A program made the translations under genes and the position numbers. Source: an uncultured Collinsella sp. (lineage in GTDB: Bacteria; Actinomycetota; Coriobacteriia; Coriobacteriales; Coriobacteriaceae). Taken from it: 64,000 nt of DNA. Under the pieces are notes generated by a model that saw nothing but the letters and a program-made list of their open reading frames with translations, was not told where the DNA came from and searched no databases. Positions 26,622-38,040 of this stretch are shown here, piece by piece; positions within the stretch are counted from its first letter, which is position 1, and each line of letters starts with the position of its first letter. The stretch lies in contig CAKUGY010000003.1 of NCBI GenBank assembly GCA_934654835.1, positions 115,416-179,415 of the forward strand. Direction: 5' to 3'.

Positions 26622-28772
26622 TTAGTACTGGCTCTCGTGCTTGCTGAAGAAGTCGAAGCGCGGGGGCAGCGGCTTTACGCGGTGCTCGCCGGGCTTCTCG
26701 CCCAGGCTCTCCACGAACTCGTCTGTCGAAGTAAAGATGTTGTCCCAGCTAAAGAACGCGACCGGATCGACGTCGAAGTACTCGCAGATGAGCTCGCAGC
26801 CGGCCGGCACGATGCCGTGCATCAGGACAGTCGCCACGCGCAGCTCGGTAAAGGCGTCGACGAGGGCCTGCGTCATCGCGGCATTGGCCGGCTCGCCCTC
26901 GAGCTTGTTGGCGGCCTTGGAGGCGTCGCTCCAGCGCTTGTTAGCGGCGCGCAGGTAGTCGTCGCACACGGCGAGCGCGCGGTGCGTCTCGAACTTGTAC
27001 ATGGCCTGCTCAAAGGCGAGGGCAGCCTGCTCGGCGGCCTCGACCACGGCGGCAGAGGCGGCACCGGCGGGGACGCAGCCGTTGCGGTAGGGGCTCTCGT
27101 CGCCCTCCTTGACGGCGACGCCGTAGAAGCAGCTGCGGGCCAGACGGTTGAACACGCCAGTCAAAAGGGCGCTCTCTTTGAGGGCCGGGTCGATGACGCG
27201 CTTGTCGTCGCAGGCACGCACCTCGTTGCCGTCCTTGTCCTTGCCGGTCACGCGCGTGTCGTATGCTTTGGGGCTAAAGCTCACCGGCTTCTCGGACAGG
27301 CCGAGCGACAGCCAATGCGCGCGCATCTGCTCGCAGGTGTAGTGGTTGAGCAGGTCGTCGGCCGGCGGGGGAGGCGTCTGCGAGGACGAGCTGGCCTTTT
27401 TGCCCATGTAGAGCAGGTGATAGCAGGCGCTGACGGTGCTCTGCGTAAGGTCCCAACCCAGGGCCTCCCACATGGCGGTCTGCGCGATGCAGTAGAAGTA
27501 GATGTTGTCCTGGCCGATGAACTGGTAGATCTGAGCGTCGTCCGAGCACCACCAGTCGCGCCAGTCGAGCGAGCTGTGCTGATAGGCGGGCGCGGGCACC
27601 TGCGTCGAATCGGCGGCGGGCTCGCCCATGAGGGCGGCGTCCTGGGCGGCGACACCCTCGGTCACGCCGGCGGCCTTGGCGTCGCGCGCGAGCACGGTGC
27701 GGGTATAGCTGATGGGCGCCCACAGGCTCTCGGGCCAGCACCAGCAGGTGACGTCGGAGACACCGTCGACCTGAGGCACCGGGACGCCCCAGTCGATGTT
27801 GCCGGTGATGCGGAAGGGCACGAGCGCCTTGCCGCTGCGGAAGCGCACGCCGCCGTTGGCGAGTACCGCGTGGGCGTCGTCGCGCTCCTTCCAGCTGGGG
27901 AAGGTGACGGTGAAGCTACTCTTGTTGCCCTCGGGCTCCAGCACGGTGTGCTCGGGCAGCTGATCCTCGACGGCGTCGAAGGCCTCGCGGAACTTGTTCT
28001 GAATGTAGAGCTGAGCCGGCAGCAGCCACTCCTCCATGGTCTTGGAGACCACGGAGCGAACCTGCGGGTTCTGGGCGAGCTTGGCGGTGTAGGTTTTCAT
28101 AAAGTCGAGGTAGGCCGGCAGGTCGAAGTAGAGGTTGTCGACCGGGCGCAGCTCGGGCACCTCGCCGGTGAGCTGGCTCTTGGGCGCGATGAGCTCCTCG
28201 GGCTCAAACTGGTGGCCCAGATCGCACTCGTCGGCATAGGCCTTCTCGGACTTGCAGCCCTGGATGGGACAGCGGCCGATGACCTGGCGGCCGTTAAGGA
28301 ACGTGCCGGCCTTGGCGTCGTAGAACTGCAGGGTGGAACGCTTGGAGATGGTGCCCTGCTCGTGCAGGCGCTCGATAATCTCGGCGGTCACCTCGTTGTG
28401 GATCTGGACGGCCGGCTCAAGGCCCGAGCCGCCGTAGATGTCGCAGCTGATGTTGTAGTTGTTGAGGGTCGCGGCCTGGCGGGAGTGATTGGACTCGACG
28501 TACTCGCTAATGGACTTGTCGTAGCCCTCGTTCTCCTTGAGCTTGCGGTAGCTCTCCATGATGGGCGAGCCGTAGCAGTCGGTGCCCGAGGTGAAGATTA
28601 CGTTCTCGCGGCCCAGGCGGTCGCGCAGGAAGCGGGCGAAGAAGTCGGCGGGGACAAAGACGCCACCAACGTGGCCGAAGTGCAGGCCTTTGTTGCCGTA
28701 GGGCTCGCCGGCGGTAACGATGGCGCGGCGCGGCCAGCTGGGACGGTCGTTCATGGAGTATTTGGATGCCAT
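26622..28772 (-). CDS. Class I aminoacyl-tRNA synthetase, methionine--tRNA ligase-like
   Basis: AAGGAG RBS upstream of the ATG at 28772. HIGH-type motif GLHFGHVGG, GTDCYGSPI, and a knuckle-like CPIQGCKSEKAYADECDLGHQFEPEELIAPKS as in MetRS. The KMSKS position reads GKKASSS, which is degenerate. Confidence 0.6.
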   Translation of the reverse strand: MASKYSMNDRPSWPRRAIVTAGEPYGNKGLHFGHVGGVFVPADFFARFLRDRLGRENVIFTSGTDCYGSPIMESYRKLKENEGYDKSISEYVESNHSRQAATLNNYNISCDIYGGSGLEPAVQIHNEVTAEIIERLHEQGTISKRSTLQFYDAKAGTFLNGRQVIGRCPIQGCKSEKAYADECDLGHQFEPEELIAPKSQLTGEVPELRPVDNLYFDLPAYLDFMKTYTAKLAQNPQVRSVVSKTMEEWLLPAQLYIQNKFREAFDAVEDQLPEHTVLEPEGNKSSFTVTFPSWKERDDAHAVLANGGVRFRSGKALVPFRITGNIDWGVPVPQVDGVSDVTCWCWPESLWAPISYTRTVLARDAKAAGVTEGVAAQDAALMGEPAADSTQVPAPAYQHSSLDWRDWWCSDDAQIYQFIGQDNIYFYCIAQTAMWEALGWDLTQSTVSACYHLLYMGKKASSSSQTPPPPADDLLNHYTCEQMRAHWLSLGLSEKPVSFSPKAYDTRVTGKDKDGNEVRACDDKRVIDPALKESALLTGVFNRLARSCFYGVAVKEGDESPYRNGCVPAGAASAAVVEAAEQAALAFEQAMYKFETHRALAVCDDYLRAANKRWSDASKAANKLEGEPANAAMTQALVDAFTELRVATVLMHGIVPAGCELICEYFDVDPVAFFSWDNIFTSTDEFVESLGEKPGEHRVKPLPPRFDFFSKHESQY

Positions 28773-28904
28773 GGGACTCCTTCGCATATGGTGAGGGCGC
28801 GGCCGGGCGCGGGGCTCGGCGGCGCGGTGGTCAATTCGTGCATATCGTTCGACATTATCGCACATGCGGGCGGGTGCGTGGCAGGGGCGCTATCCTAAGA
28901 TGCT

Positions 28905-29474
28905 ATGAATGAGATTTCCAACATACATGCGTTTGAGGACGAGGATTTTCTGCACGCTTGCTTCGTGTGGGGGATGGTCGTAGTCGGCGTGTTTGCCGTG
29001 TGCCTGGTGCCGGTGTTTATGCTGCTGGACGGGCCTGCGGACCTGGATGCGGCTGAGATGTGCGGCTGGACGGCGGTCGTGGGCTGGATGGTTGGCCTGG
29101 TTGCGGTTTCGGCGGCGTCGTTTGCCGTGCACGAGCTGGTGCATGCGGTGTTCTTTAAACTGCTGGCGCCTGCGGGTGCGCATGTGACCTTTGGGGCGAA
29201 CCGCGAGACGTGCATGATCTATGCCTGTGCCGAGGGCGTCGTGTATTCGCGTGTGCGGTATGTGGCGATTTGTCTGGCGCCGACGGTTGTTTTAACGGTG
29301 GCGTTTGCCCTGGGTTTTGCGTTCTCGGGGTATCCGCTGCTGTGTTACCTGGCGGCCGGTCTGCACTTGTCGGGCTGTGTGGGCGACTGGTATTACGTGC
29401 GAACCATTCTGCGCGACCGCCGCATCGTCGCCTGCGAGGACACATCCTTTGGCGTTCGCTTTTTTGGGAAGTAG
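28905..29474 (+). CDS. Membrane protein with HExxH motif (DUF3267-like putative zincin)
   Basis: Four hydrophobic segments. HELVHAVFFK motif follows the second helix. Confidence 0.6.
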   Translation: MNEISNIHAFEDEDFLHACFVWGMVVVGVFAVCLVPVFMLLDGPADLDAAEMCGWTAVVGWMVGLVAVSAASFAVHELVHAVFFKLLAPAGAHVTFGANRETCMIYACAEGVVYSRVRYVAICLAPTVVLTVAFALGFAFSGYPLLCYLAAGLHLSGCVGDWYYVRTILRDRRIVACEDTSFGVRFFGK

Positions 29475-29535
29475 TCTTTTGGGATGATTTTTCTGGGACG
29501 GGGATTAAAAAATCATTGTGGGAGAGGAGATGTCG

Positions 29536-30111
29536 ATGAAGCCGTTGCTGCTGCATGCTTGCTGTGCGCCGTGCTCGCTTGAGCCGGTTCGCCTGCTGCG
29601 CGAGGAGGGGTTTGAGCCCACGATTTGCTGGACCAACCCCAATATTCAGCCGCGCGATGAATGGCAGCGCCGCTTGGACGAGCTGCGCCGGTGGTGTGCC
29701 GACGGTGGCATCGAGCTCATCGAGGCGGGGGAGGACCGCGAGCGCTGGGAGGCCGGCGTGGCCCCGCTGGGCGCCGATCGCCCCCGTCGCTGTCGCGCGT
29801 GCTATGCCCTGCGCCTGGCCGAGGCGTGCCGCGTTGCCGAGGAGCGCGGATTTGAGTACGTGGGCACGACGCTCGCCGTCTCGCCGTATCAGCTGTTCGA
29901 CACCTGCAATGACGTGCTCGAGCGCTTGGCGGCCGCCCGTGGCCTTACGCCAGTGATCCGCGATTGTCGTCCGTATTATCCCGAGGCCACGCGTCGCTCG
30001 CGCGAGCTGGGTATGTATCGGCAGAACTACTGCGGCTGCCGTTTCTCTGCTGTGGAAGCGGCCATGGACCGCGCCCGCATCCGCGACGAGCGCAAAGCGT
30101 CCAAAAAGTAG
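29536..30111 (+). CDS. queH: Epoxyqueuosine reductase QueH (DUF208)
   Basis: LLLHACCAPCS, CRACYALRL and NYCGC motifs. GGAGAGGAG RBS lies 6 nt upstream of the ATG at 29536. Confidence 0.8.
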   Translation: MKPLLLHACCAPCSLEPVRLLREEGFEPTICWTNPNIQPRDEWQRRLDELRRWCADGGIELIEAGEDRERWEAGVAPLGADRPRRCRACYALRLAEACRVAEERGFEYVGTTLAVSPYQLFDTCNDVLERLAAARGLTPVIRDCRPYYPEATRRSRELGMYRQNYCGCRFSAVEAAMDRARIRDERKASKK

Positions 30112-30175
30112 TTCTTTTGAGCTGACAGCCTGCTAGGATGTAGAGCGGACTTTATCTATATAAGGAGAATCTGAC

Positions 30176-31392
<1,217 letters not shown>

Positions 31393-31393
<1 letters not shown>

Positions 31394-31565
31394 GTTACGG
31401 CGTTTTACCAAACGCCGTAACCGGCCGACGCTGCGCGGGCCGCATTTGGACAATCTGACGTTCAACTTCAAGGGCGCGACCGGAAGGTCAGCGCCCTTTC
31501 GTTTCACGTCACCTTGCCTCAAATGCGACCCGCTCGCTGACTTATGCTCAACCTATGGCGCCATC
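31393..31565 (+). repeat. About 172-bp intergenic repeat, copy A (starts at the queA stop codon)
   Basis: About 97% identical to 34598-34770. It begins with a perfect 12-bp hairpin GGTTACGGCGTT/AACGCCGTAACC and contains a second hairpin GGGCGCGACC..GGTCAGCGCCC followed by TTTCGTTTC. Confidence 0.85.
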
Positions 31566-31580
31566 TCGCTCCAAAGGTGG

Positions 31581-31638
31581 GTAGTCGTTGGGGACGTTCT
31601 TGTTTGACTAGTCGTTTAAGAACGTCCCCAATGACTAC
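31581..31638. repeat. Palindromic repeat of the TTGGGGAC family
   Basis: Arms GTAGTCGTTGGGGACGTTCTT / AAGAACGTCCCCAATGACTAC (20 of 21 paired). Confidence 0.7.
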
Positions 31639-31642
31639 CAAA

Positions 31643-31710
31643 AAGTTGCGGTGAGATGGTTCTTGGATTGGCCTTTTTGAGGGCTAGATAGGAACTATCT
31701 CACCGCAACT
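31643..31710. repeat. AAGTTGCGGTG-type palindromic intergenic element, copy 1 (between convergent genes)
   Basis: AAGTTGCGGTGAGATGGTTCT ... GGAACTATCTCACCGCAACT. The same family occurs at 37960 and 41363. Confidence 0.75.
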
Positions 31711-31736
31711 GCGTTGGGGCGTATTTGATGTCTGGC

Positions 31737-33506
31737 TTACTTGCTCGTGAAGAGCCAGATTGCGATGATCACCAGGATCACGGCAACGATGCAGACGATG
31801 GCGCCGGTGAATTTGATGCGTGAGTCGCGGGTTCGCTCGCGTACGTCGTCCTCGGCGGCCTCGAGCTGGGCGACTTCGCGCTCGGTTTCGGCATGCTCGG
31901 CTTTATCGCGGGCCAGGGAGCCCGCAAGTGATTCGCTGATTTCGGGGTGGTCGTGTACCTCGGTCGCTTGCTCGATAATCGACTGCGCGTGTGCGGCATC
32001 TGCCTGGGCGTTGGCGATAGTCTGCTCTTGCTCGCGGCGAGCCTTGTCCTCGGCAGCGACCTTCTCGCGCAGTTCGCGCTGGCGTGTCGCGGCGGCAGTT
32101 TTTGCGGACTGCAGTTCGTCGCGCGCGGCATCGGCCTCGGTCGTTACGGCCTGATGGGCGCGCTTGGCGTCGGCGATGGGGGCCTGCGCCTGCTCGACGG
32201 CTTGCTCAGCGGCGGCGAGCGAATGCTCAAGGTCGGCGCTGATGCGCGGGACGTCTTCTTCGGCTTTGCGCAGGGCGTCAGCCGTGTCGGAGATCTGCAT
32301 CGAAAGCTCGCTGGTGCGCACCGTATAGTTGGCGGGATTTGCCGAAGGATTGCGCTGCAGCTCGGCGTACTCGCGGCGCAGCGTCTCGAGCTGGGCGCGC
32401 GTGGCGTCGACGGTTTGCTGTGCGGCGGCAATGCCGGCGTCTCGCTCGGCTTGGACCTTGTCGCGGATTCGCTTGGAGTCCTCAAGGCGGCGAACGAGAC
32501 GATTGCCGGTCTCGCGCGAGCTCGCTTCGCGGGCCTCCACGGCGTCGAGCGCGGCCTTCAGACGGAGCTCAGCCGCATCGTCTTCTGCCTTCATTTGTTC
32601 GAGCTGGCCCTTGAGCTCCGTCGCTTTGGCGGCGTGGGCGTCGCGGTCGATTTCGGCGGCCGCTGCGGTCTTTTGTGCCGTGGCGATGGCTTGGCGCTGG
32701 TCGGAGACGATCTGGTCGTAGCGGCCTGCGATGTCCTGACGCGTTTCGAGCTCCTCGGCCTGGTCTGCAATGCGCTGCTCAAGCTCGGCTAGATGGGCAC
32801 GGGCGTCGGCGAGTGCTTTCTTGGCGGCGTTCATCTCGCGCATGGCCGACGCGCCCTGGGCGATGAAAGTGCCCACGGCGTTGGCAGTGTTCGAGACGGC
32901 AGTGCCCAAATCTCGGCTCACGGCGGGGGAGTGCGGGGCGTTCTGGCGAGTGGCGTCAGCGGCGTTCGTATCGGCAGCCTGCGGCGCGGCAATATTGCCG
33001 GTGCCGCCCTCGATCACGGAAAAGCCTGCTGCGTGCGGGTCGACCGCGTCGGCGCCAATCGTAGGGTGCTCGAGCAGCAAAAAAGAGGGCATGGTGCTGC
33101 CTTGGTCGGCAACCGGGGTCTCGCCGGGCACGAAGGTCGAGGCGGCCTCGGCGGCTTCCTCTTCCTCGGCGTCGACATCGGCATCGGCGACGGCGTCCTT
33201 CATCGCTTTGACGGCATCCATCATGGAGTCCATGACGGCGTCGAGCTCTTCTTCCGAAGACACCTCGATGGGGCCGGCTGCCTGCGGCGCGGCATCCTGT
33301 ACGGGGTCGTCGTCCTGAGCGGGCGCATTGTCGTTTTGCTCGTCGACATCTTCGGCGGCAGGGGTTTCGGCTGCAGTGCTTTCGTTTAGAGCGGTGTCAT
33401 CGACGCTAGTGTCATCGCAGGTAACAGCGTCAGTATCTGCGGTGACGTCTGCGGAATCATCAATATGCTGTTGAGTCTGGGGGTCCAGCTCGTCTGTCAT
33501 AGGCAT
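31737..33506 (-). CDS. Tail-anchored coiled-coil protein (acidic N-terminus, long A/E/Q/R-rich helix, C-terminal TM helix)
   Basis: GAGGAG RBS upstream of ATG 33506 (alternatives at 33500 and 33611). About 350 aa has heptad-like A/E/R/Q composition. The C-terminus is FTGAIVCIVAVILVIIAIWLFTSK. No family recognised. Confidence 0.6.
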   Translation of the reverse strand: MPMTDELDPQTQQHIDDSADVTADTDAVTCDDTSVDDTALNESTAAETPAAEDVDEQNDNAPAQDDDPVQDAAPQAAGPIEVSSEEELDAVMDSMMDAVKAMKDAVADADVDAEEEEAAEAASTFVPGETPVADQGSTMPSFLLLEHPTIGADAVDPHAAGFSVIEGGTGNIAAPQAADTNAADATRQNAPHSPAVSRDLGTAVSNTANAVGTFIAQGASAMREMNAAKKALADARAHLAELEQRIADQAEELETRQDIAGRYDQIVSDQRQAIATAQKTAAAAEIDRDAHAAKATELKGQLEQMKAEDDAAELRLKAALDAVEAREASSRETGNRLVRRLEDSKRIRDKVQAERDAGIAAAQQTVDATRAQLETLRREYAELQRNPSANPANYTVRTSELSMQISDTADALRKAEEDVPRISADLEHSLAAAEQAVEQAQAPIADAKRAHQAVTTEADAARDELQSAKTAAATRQRELREKVAAEDKARREQEQTIANAQADAAHAQSIIEQATEVHDHPEISESLAGSLARDKAEHAETEREVAQLEAAEDDVRERTRDSRIKFTGAIVCIVAVILVIIAIWLFTSK

Positions 33507-33795
33507 GTGCTCCTCATCGTTGTTCGTCACCCTATAATAAAGTTTCGCGCCGACATCCCGCGCCCCGCAGCAAAGTTTCAAAACGTGTTCGATGGCTCGT
33601 TTCGACAACAAAAACTTGGCCGCTTTATCCAGTTTGTACTTGACATTCCCTTCGCCGAACGACGTGTTGCCGTTCGCCTGCCGAGGTCTTTTATTTTCAC
33701 TTGAACACGCTAAAGTTGCATCTCAGCTTTTGGCGCGTTTATTTGGATGCGCGCAGCCGGCGGGTTCGCCCGTCGCGATTTTGAAAGGACTTTGT

Positions 33796-34596
33796 ATGGG
33801 ACTTTTCACTGGTAAGACCGTGATCATCACCGGCGGCGGCAAGGCCACGCTCAAGGACGGCTCCGCTGGCTCCATCGGCTACGGCATCGATATCGCTTTT
33901 GCCAAGGAGGGCGCAAACCTCGTTATCACCGGCCGTAACGTTGCCAAGCTCGAGGCTGCCAAGGAGTCTCTCGAGGCTGAGTACGGCGTCAAGGTTCTGC
34001 CTGTTCAGGCCGATGTCTCGGTTGGTCAGGACAACGAGGCCGTCGTCCAGAACGTTATCGACCAGGCTATCGCCGAGTTCGGCCGTATCGACGCTGTCGT
34101 CAACAACGCCCAGGCCAGCGCCTCGGGTGTGACCATCGCCGATCACACCATGGACCAGTTCAACCTGGCCATTTACTCCGGTCTGTACGCCACCTATCTG
34201 TATATGCAGAAGGCCTATCCGCACCTGAAGGAGACCAAGGGTTCCGTGGTCAACTTTGCTTCGGGCGCCGGCCTGTTTGGCAACTATGGCCAGTGCAGCT
34301 ACGCCGCTGCCAAGGAGGGCATCCGCGGCCTGACCCGCGTCGCCGCCAACGAGTGGGGCCCCGACGGCATCAACGTCAACATCGTGTGCCCGCTTGCCTG
34401 GACCGCCGCGCTCGAGAACTTCCAGGATGCCTACCCCGAGGCGTTCAAGGCTAACGTCCACATGCCGCCGGCGGGCCACTACGGCGACGTCGAGAAGGAG
34501 ATCGGCCGTGTGGTCGTTCAGCTTTGCGGCCCCGACTTTAAGTACATGAACGGCGAGACCGTCACCCTCGAGGGTGGCATGGGCCAGCGTCCTTAA
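33796..34596 (+). CDS. SDR family oxidoreductase
   Basis: GKTVIITGGGKA...GSIGYGI (TGxxxGxG-like), NNAQ, and catalytic YAAAKEG (YxxxK). Confidence 0.85.
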   Translation: MGLFTGKTVIITGGGKATLKDGSAGSIGYGIDIAFAKEGANLVITGRNVAKLEAAKESLEAEYGVKVLPVQADVSVGQDNEAVVQNVIDQAIAEFGRIDAVVNNAQASASGVTIADHTMDQFNLAIYSGLYATYLYMQKAYPHLKETKGSVVNFASGAGLFGNYGQCSYAAAKEGIRGLTRVAANEWGPDGINVNIVCPLAWTAALENFQDAYPEAFKANVHMPPAGHYGDVEKEIGRVVVQLCGPDFKYMNGETVTLEGGMGQRP

Positions 34597-34597
34597 T

Positions 34598-34770
34598 GGT
34601 TACGGCGTTTTACCAAACGCCGTAACGGGCCGACGCTGCGCGGGCCGCATTTGGACAATCTGACGTTCAACTTCAAGGGCGCGACCAGAAGGTCAGCGCC
34701 CTTTCGTTTCACGTCACCTTGTCTCAAATGCGGCCCGCTCGCTGACTTATGCTCAACCTGCGGCGCCATT
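34598..34770 (+). repeat. About 172-bp intergenic repeat, copy B (starts 2 nt after the SDR stop codon)
   Basis: Direct repeat of 31393-31565 with about 5-6 substitutions. Confidence 0.85.
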
Positions 34771-34941
34771 TTGCTCGAAGACACCTTGCTCGCTCTGGCG
34801 GGTTTTCGCTGTCGGTACCAAAACATCGGCGTTGCCTTGGCTGTTGCAAGTTGATGCAAGACGTCCCTAGTAGTCATTGGGGACGTACTTAAATGACTAG
34901 TCAAAAGGGACACTCTTGCGGCACTTGGGGTCAGGTTGATC

Positions 34942-35024
34942 GGGTAGCTAATTTGGGACGGGGCTATTTTGACTACTTTTTCATGCAAAGTAGTCAAAAT
35001 AGCCCCGTCCCAAATTAGCTACCC
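34942..35024. repeat. Perfect 35-bp-arm palindrome (TTGGGAC family)
   Basis: GGGTAGCTAATTTGGGACGGGGCTATTTTGACTAC, a 13-nt loop, then the exact reverse complement. It lies about 90 nt upstream of tgt. Confidence 0.85.
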
Positions 35025-35111
35025 TTGCACCAGTTTCTGTCGAGTCGGTGCGGGCTGTTGGTTGCCCGTATAATGGGTTGCGTATGAACCGCTACCAAGG
35101 AGTTCCAGTTT

Positions 35112-36251
<1,140 letters not shown>

Positions 36252-36462
36252 GAGCTACGGGAGCGCTCGCGGGGCGTGAGCGGCGGCAAGGGGCGAGCTC
36301 CGGTCGGTCGGCACATTCGCTGGCACCGTCTGCGCGACCGCTGACCGATAGCTTGCAAACGCTTGATGCATCGTGGGTACCATACCGAATAGTTGATGTT
36401 CGGGCGGGTGTTTGGCGCATGGCGTCGACCCCGCCCGTTTTCTTTTTTCGATAGGAGTACCC

Positions 36463-37221
36463 ATGATTAAGAATGAGAACGTCGAGGGCGAGCCCGCCTA
36501 CGACGAGACGTACCGCCGCGGCCCCGTGGTCATGCGCGGCCCCATGATTCCTAAGGACAACACCTACGCCAACCTGCTGGCGCCCGAGGAGTCGACCGAC
36601 TGGTTGCATGCCGATCCGTGGCGCGTGCTGCGCATCCAGGCCGAGTTTGTCGATGGCTTCGGCGCGCTTGCCGAGCTCGGGCCCGCGGTGACCATCTTTG
36701 GCAGCGCCCGCACGCTCAAGACCGATCCGCTCTACAAAGCCGCGCGCACCGTCGGGCGCAAGATCGCCCAGCGCGGTGTGGCGGTTATCACCGGTGGCGG
36801 CCCCGGCATCATGGAGGCGGCCAACAGGGGAGCAGCGAGCGCTAACGGCAAGTCGGTTGGCCTGGGTATCGAGCTGCCGCACGAGCAGGGGCTCAACAAA
36901 TACGTGAACCTCGGCATGGACTTCCGTTACTTCTTTGTGCGCAAGACCATGTTCGTAAAATACAGCTCGGGCGCCATCGTGTTTCCTGGCGGCTTCGGCA
37001 CGCTCGACGAGATGTTCGAGGTCCTTACGCTGGTGCAGACGCACAAGGTCAAGCGCATGCCGCTCGTGCTGGTAGGCAGCGAATACTGGCAGGGCCTGTT
37101 CGATTGGCTCAACGGCCCGGTGATGGACGCCGGCATGATTAGCCCGCTCGATCCGGATCTAGTGCACATCACCGACGACCTCAACGAAGCCGTCGACGTC
37201 GCCTTGAGCGGGTTGATGTAG
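36463..37221 (+). CDS. LOG family (TIGR00730-type) nucleotide phosphoribohydrolase-like protein
   Basis: AGGAG RBS. Motifs VTIFGSAR, VITGGGPGIMEAANRGA, and PGGFGTLDEMFE (PGGxGTxxE). Confidence 0.8.
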   Translation: MIKNENVEGEPAYDETYRRGPVVMRGPMIPKDNTYANLLAPEESTDWLHADPWRVLRIQAEFVDGFGALAELGPAVTIFGSARTLKTDPLYKAARTVGRKIAQRGVAVITGGGPGIMEAANRGAASANGKSVGLGIELPHEQGLNKYVNLGMDFRYFFVRKTMFVKYSSGAIVFPGGFGTLDEMFEVLTLVQTHKVKRMPLVLVGSEYWQGLFDWLNGPVMDAGMISPLDPDLVHITDDLNEAVDVALSGLM

Positions 37222-37335
37222 AGTGATCGTGCCCGTCGTGACACGAATATGCATGGCAATCTGATGCTATCTAACATCAAATTGCCATTTTTATTGGGTA
37301 TACTGATGCAAAAGACGAGGTCGAGGAGGTCGCGT

Positions 37336-37635
37336 ATGTCTACTGCAACGGTTAAACCCACGACGGTTCGCATCGAAGAGGGACTCAAGGAGCAGGCGAC
37401 TGAGTTTTTAGATTCGGTTGGCCTGAGCCTTAACTCCTATCTCAATCTTGCTGTTCGGCAGCTTGTGAACCAGCGGAAGATTCCGTTTGAGATTGTAGGG
37501 CGACCTGAAGTGCCCAACGAAGCAACAAGGCGCGCCATGGTGATCGCCGAGGCCCATGAGCTGGGGATTCTACCAGACGACAGCCCGTCATTCGATAACG
37601 TTGATGAGCTGATGTCGTTCCTCGATGAGGACTAG
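37336..37635 (+). CDS. dinJ: Type II antitoxin, RelB/DinJ family
   Basis: GAGGAGG RBS lies 6 nt upstream. TTVRIEEGLKEQATEFLDSVGLSLNSYLNLAVRQLVNQRKIPFEI is a DinJ-like ribbon-helix-helix N-terminus. The gene ends 1 nt before the toxin gene start (stop 37633-37635, toxin ATG 37639). Confidence 0.8.
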   Translation: MSTATVKPTTVRIEEGLKEQATEFLDSVGLSLNSYLNLAVRQLVNQRKIPFEIVGRPEVPNEATRRAMVIAEAHELGILPDDSPSFDNVDELMSFLDED

Positions 37636-37638
37636 GCG

Positions 37639-37947
37639 ATGTTTGAGATTAAGGTCGAGGCTCAGTTTAAGGCCGACTATAGGCGAACGATGCGCAACTA
37701 TCCGCAGCTAAAAACCGAGTTTAAAGCAGCTATCGCCGAGCTTGCGGCACATGGCTCGCTTCCGGCAGAGTATGGCGCCCACGAGCTCTCCAACCCGGGC
37801 GGCAACTACAACGGTCACATCGATTCCCATCTATCCGACGGCCTGGTCGACGTGGTCGTTCTCTACCTGCCGCACAAAACTAATCCAGTGATCCGACTGG
37901 TCAGAATGGGTTCACATCAAGAACTGTTCCAGGGCCCACTGAGCTAG
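37639..37947 (+). CDS. yafQ: Type II toxin, YafQ/RelE family mRNA interferase
   Basis: About 100 aa. KADYRR...L, LPAEYGAHELS..GNYNGHIDSHL..DLV..., and a C-terminal VRMGSHQELF as in YafQ-type toxins. Confidence 0.75.
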   Translation: MFEIKVEAQFKADYRRTMRNYPQLKTEFKAAIAELAAHGSLPAEYGAHELSNPGGNYNGHIDSHLSDGLVDVVVLYLPHKTNPVIRLVRMGSHQELFQGPLS

Positions 37948-37959
37948 CCACTCGATTTT

Positions 37960-38027
37960 AAGTTGCGGTGGAATAGGGATTGATTTGCGGCTGATAAGCC
38001 AAAAACAGTCCCTATTTCACCGCAAGT
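37960..38027. repeat. AAGTTGCGGTG-type palindromic intergenic element, copy 2 (between convergent genes)
   Basis: AAGTTGCGGTGGAATAGGGA ... TCCCTATTTCACCGCAAGT. Confidence 0.75.
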
Positions 38028-38040
38028 GGTAAAGGTGGCC

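Noticed and set aside
26445-28898. 817-aa plus-strand ORF opposite the MetRS-like gene; likewise 45543-48149 (minus), 39754-41334 (minus), 35019-36137 (minus), 41520-42791 (minus) and 49098-50900 (plus)
   Set aside because: All are antisense to genes with strong family motifs and have the low-complexity composition typical of GC-rich shadow frames.
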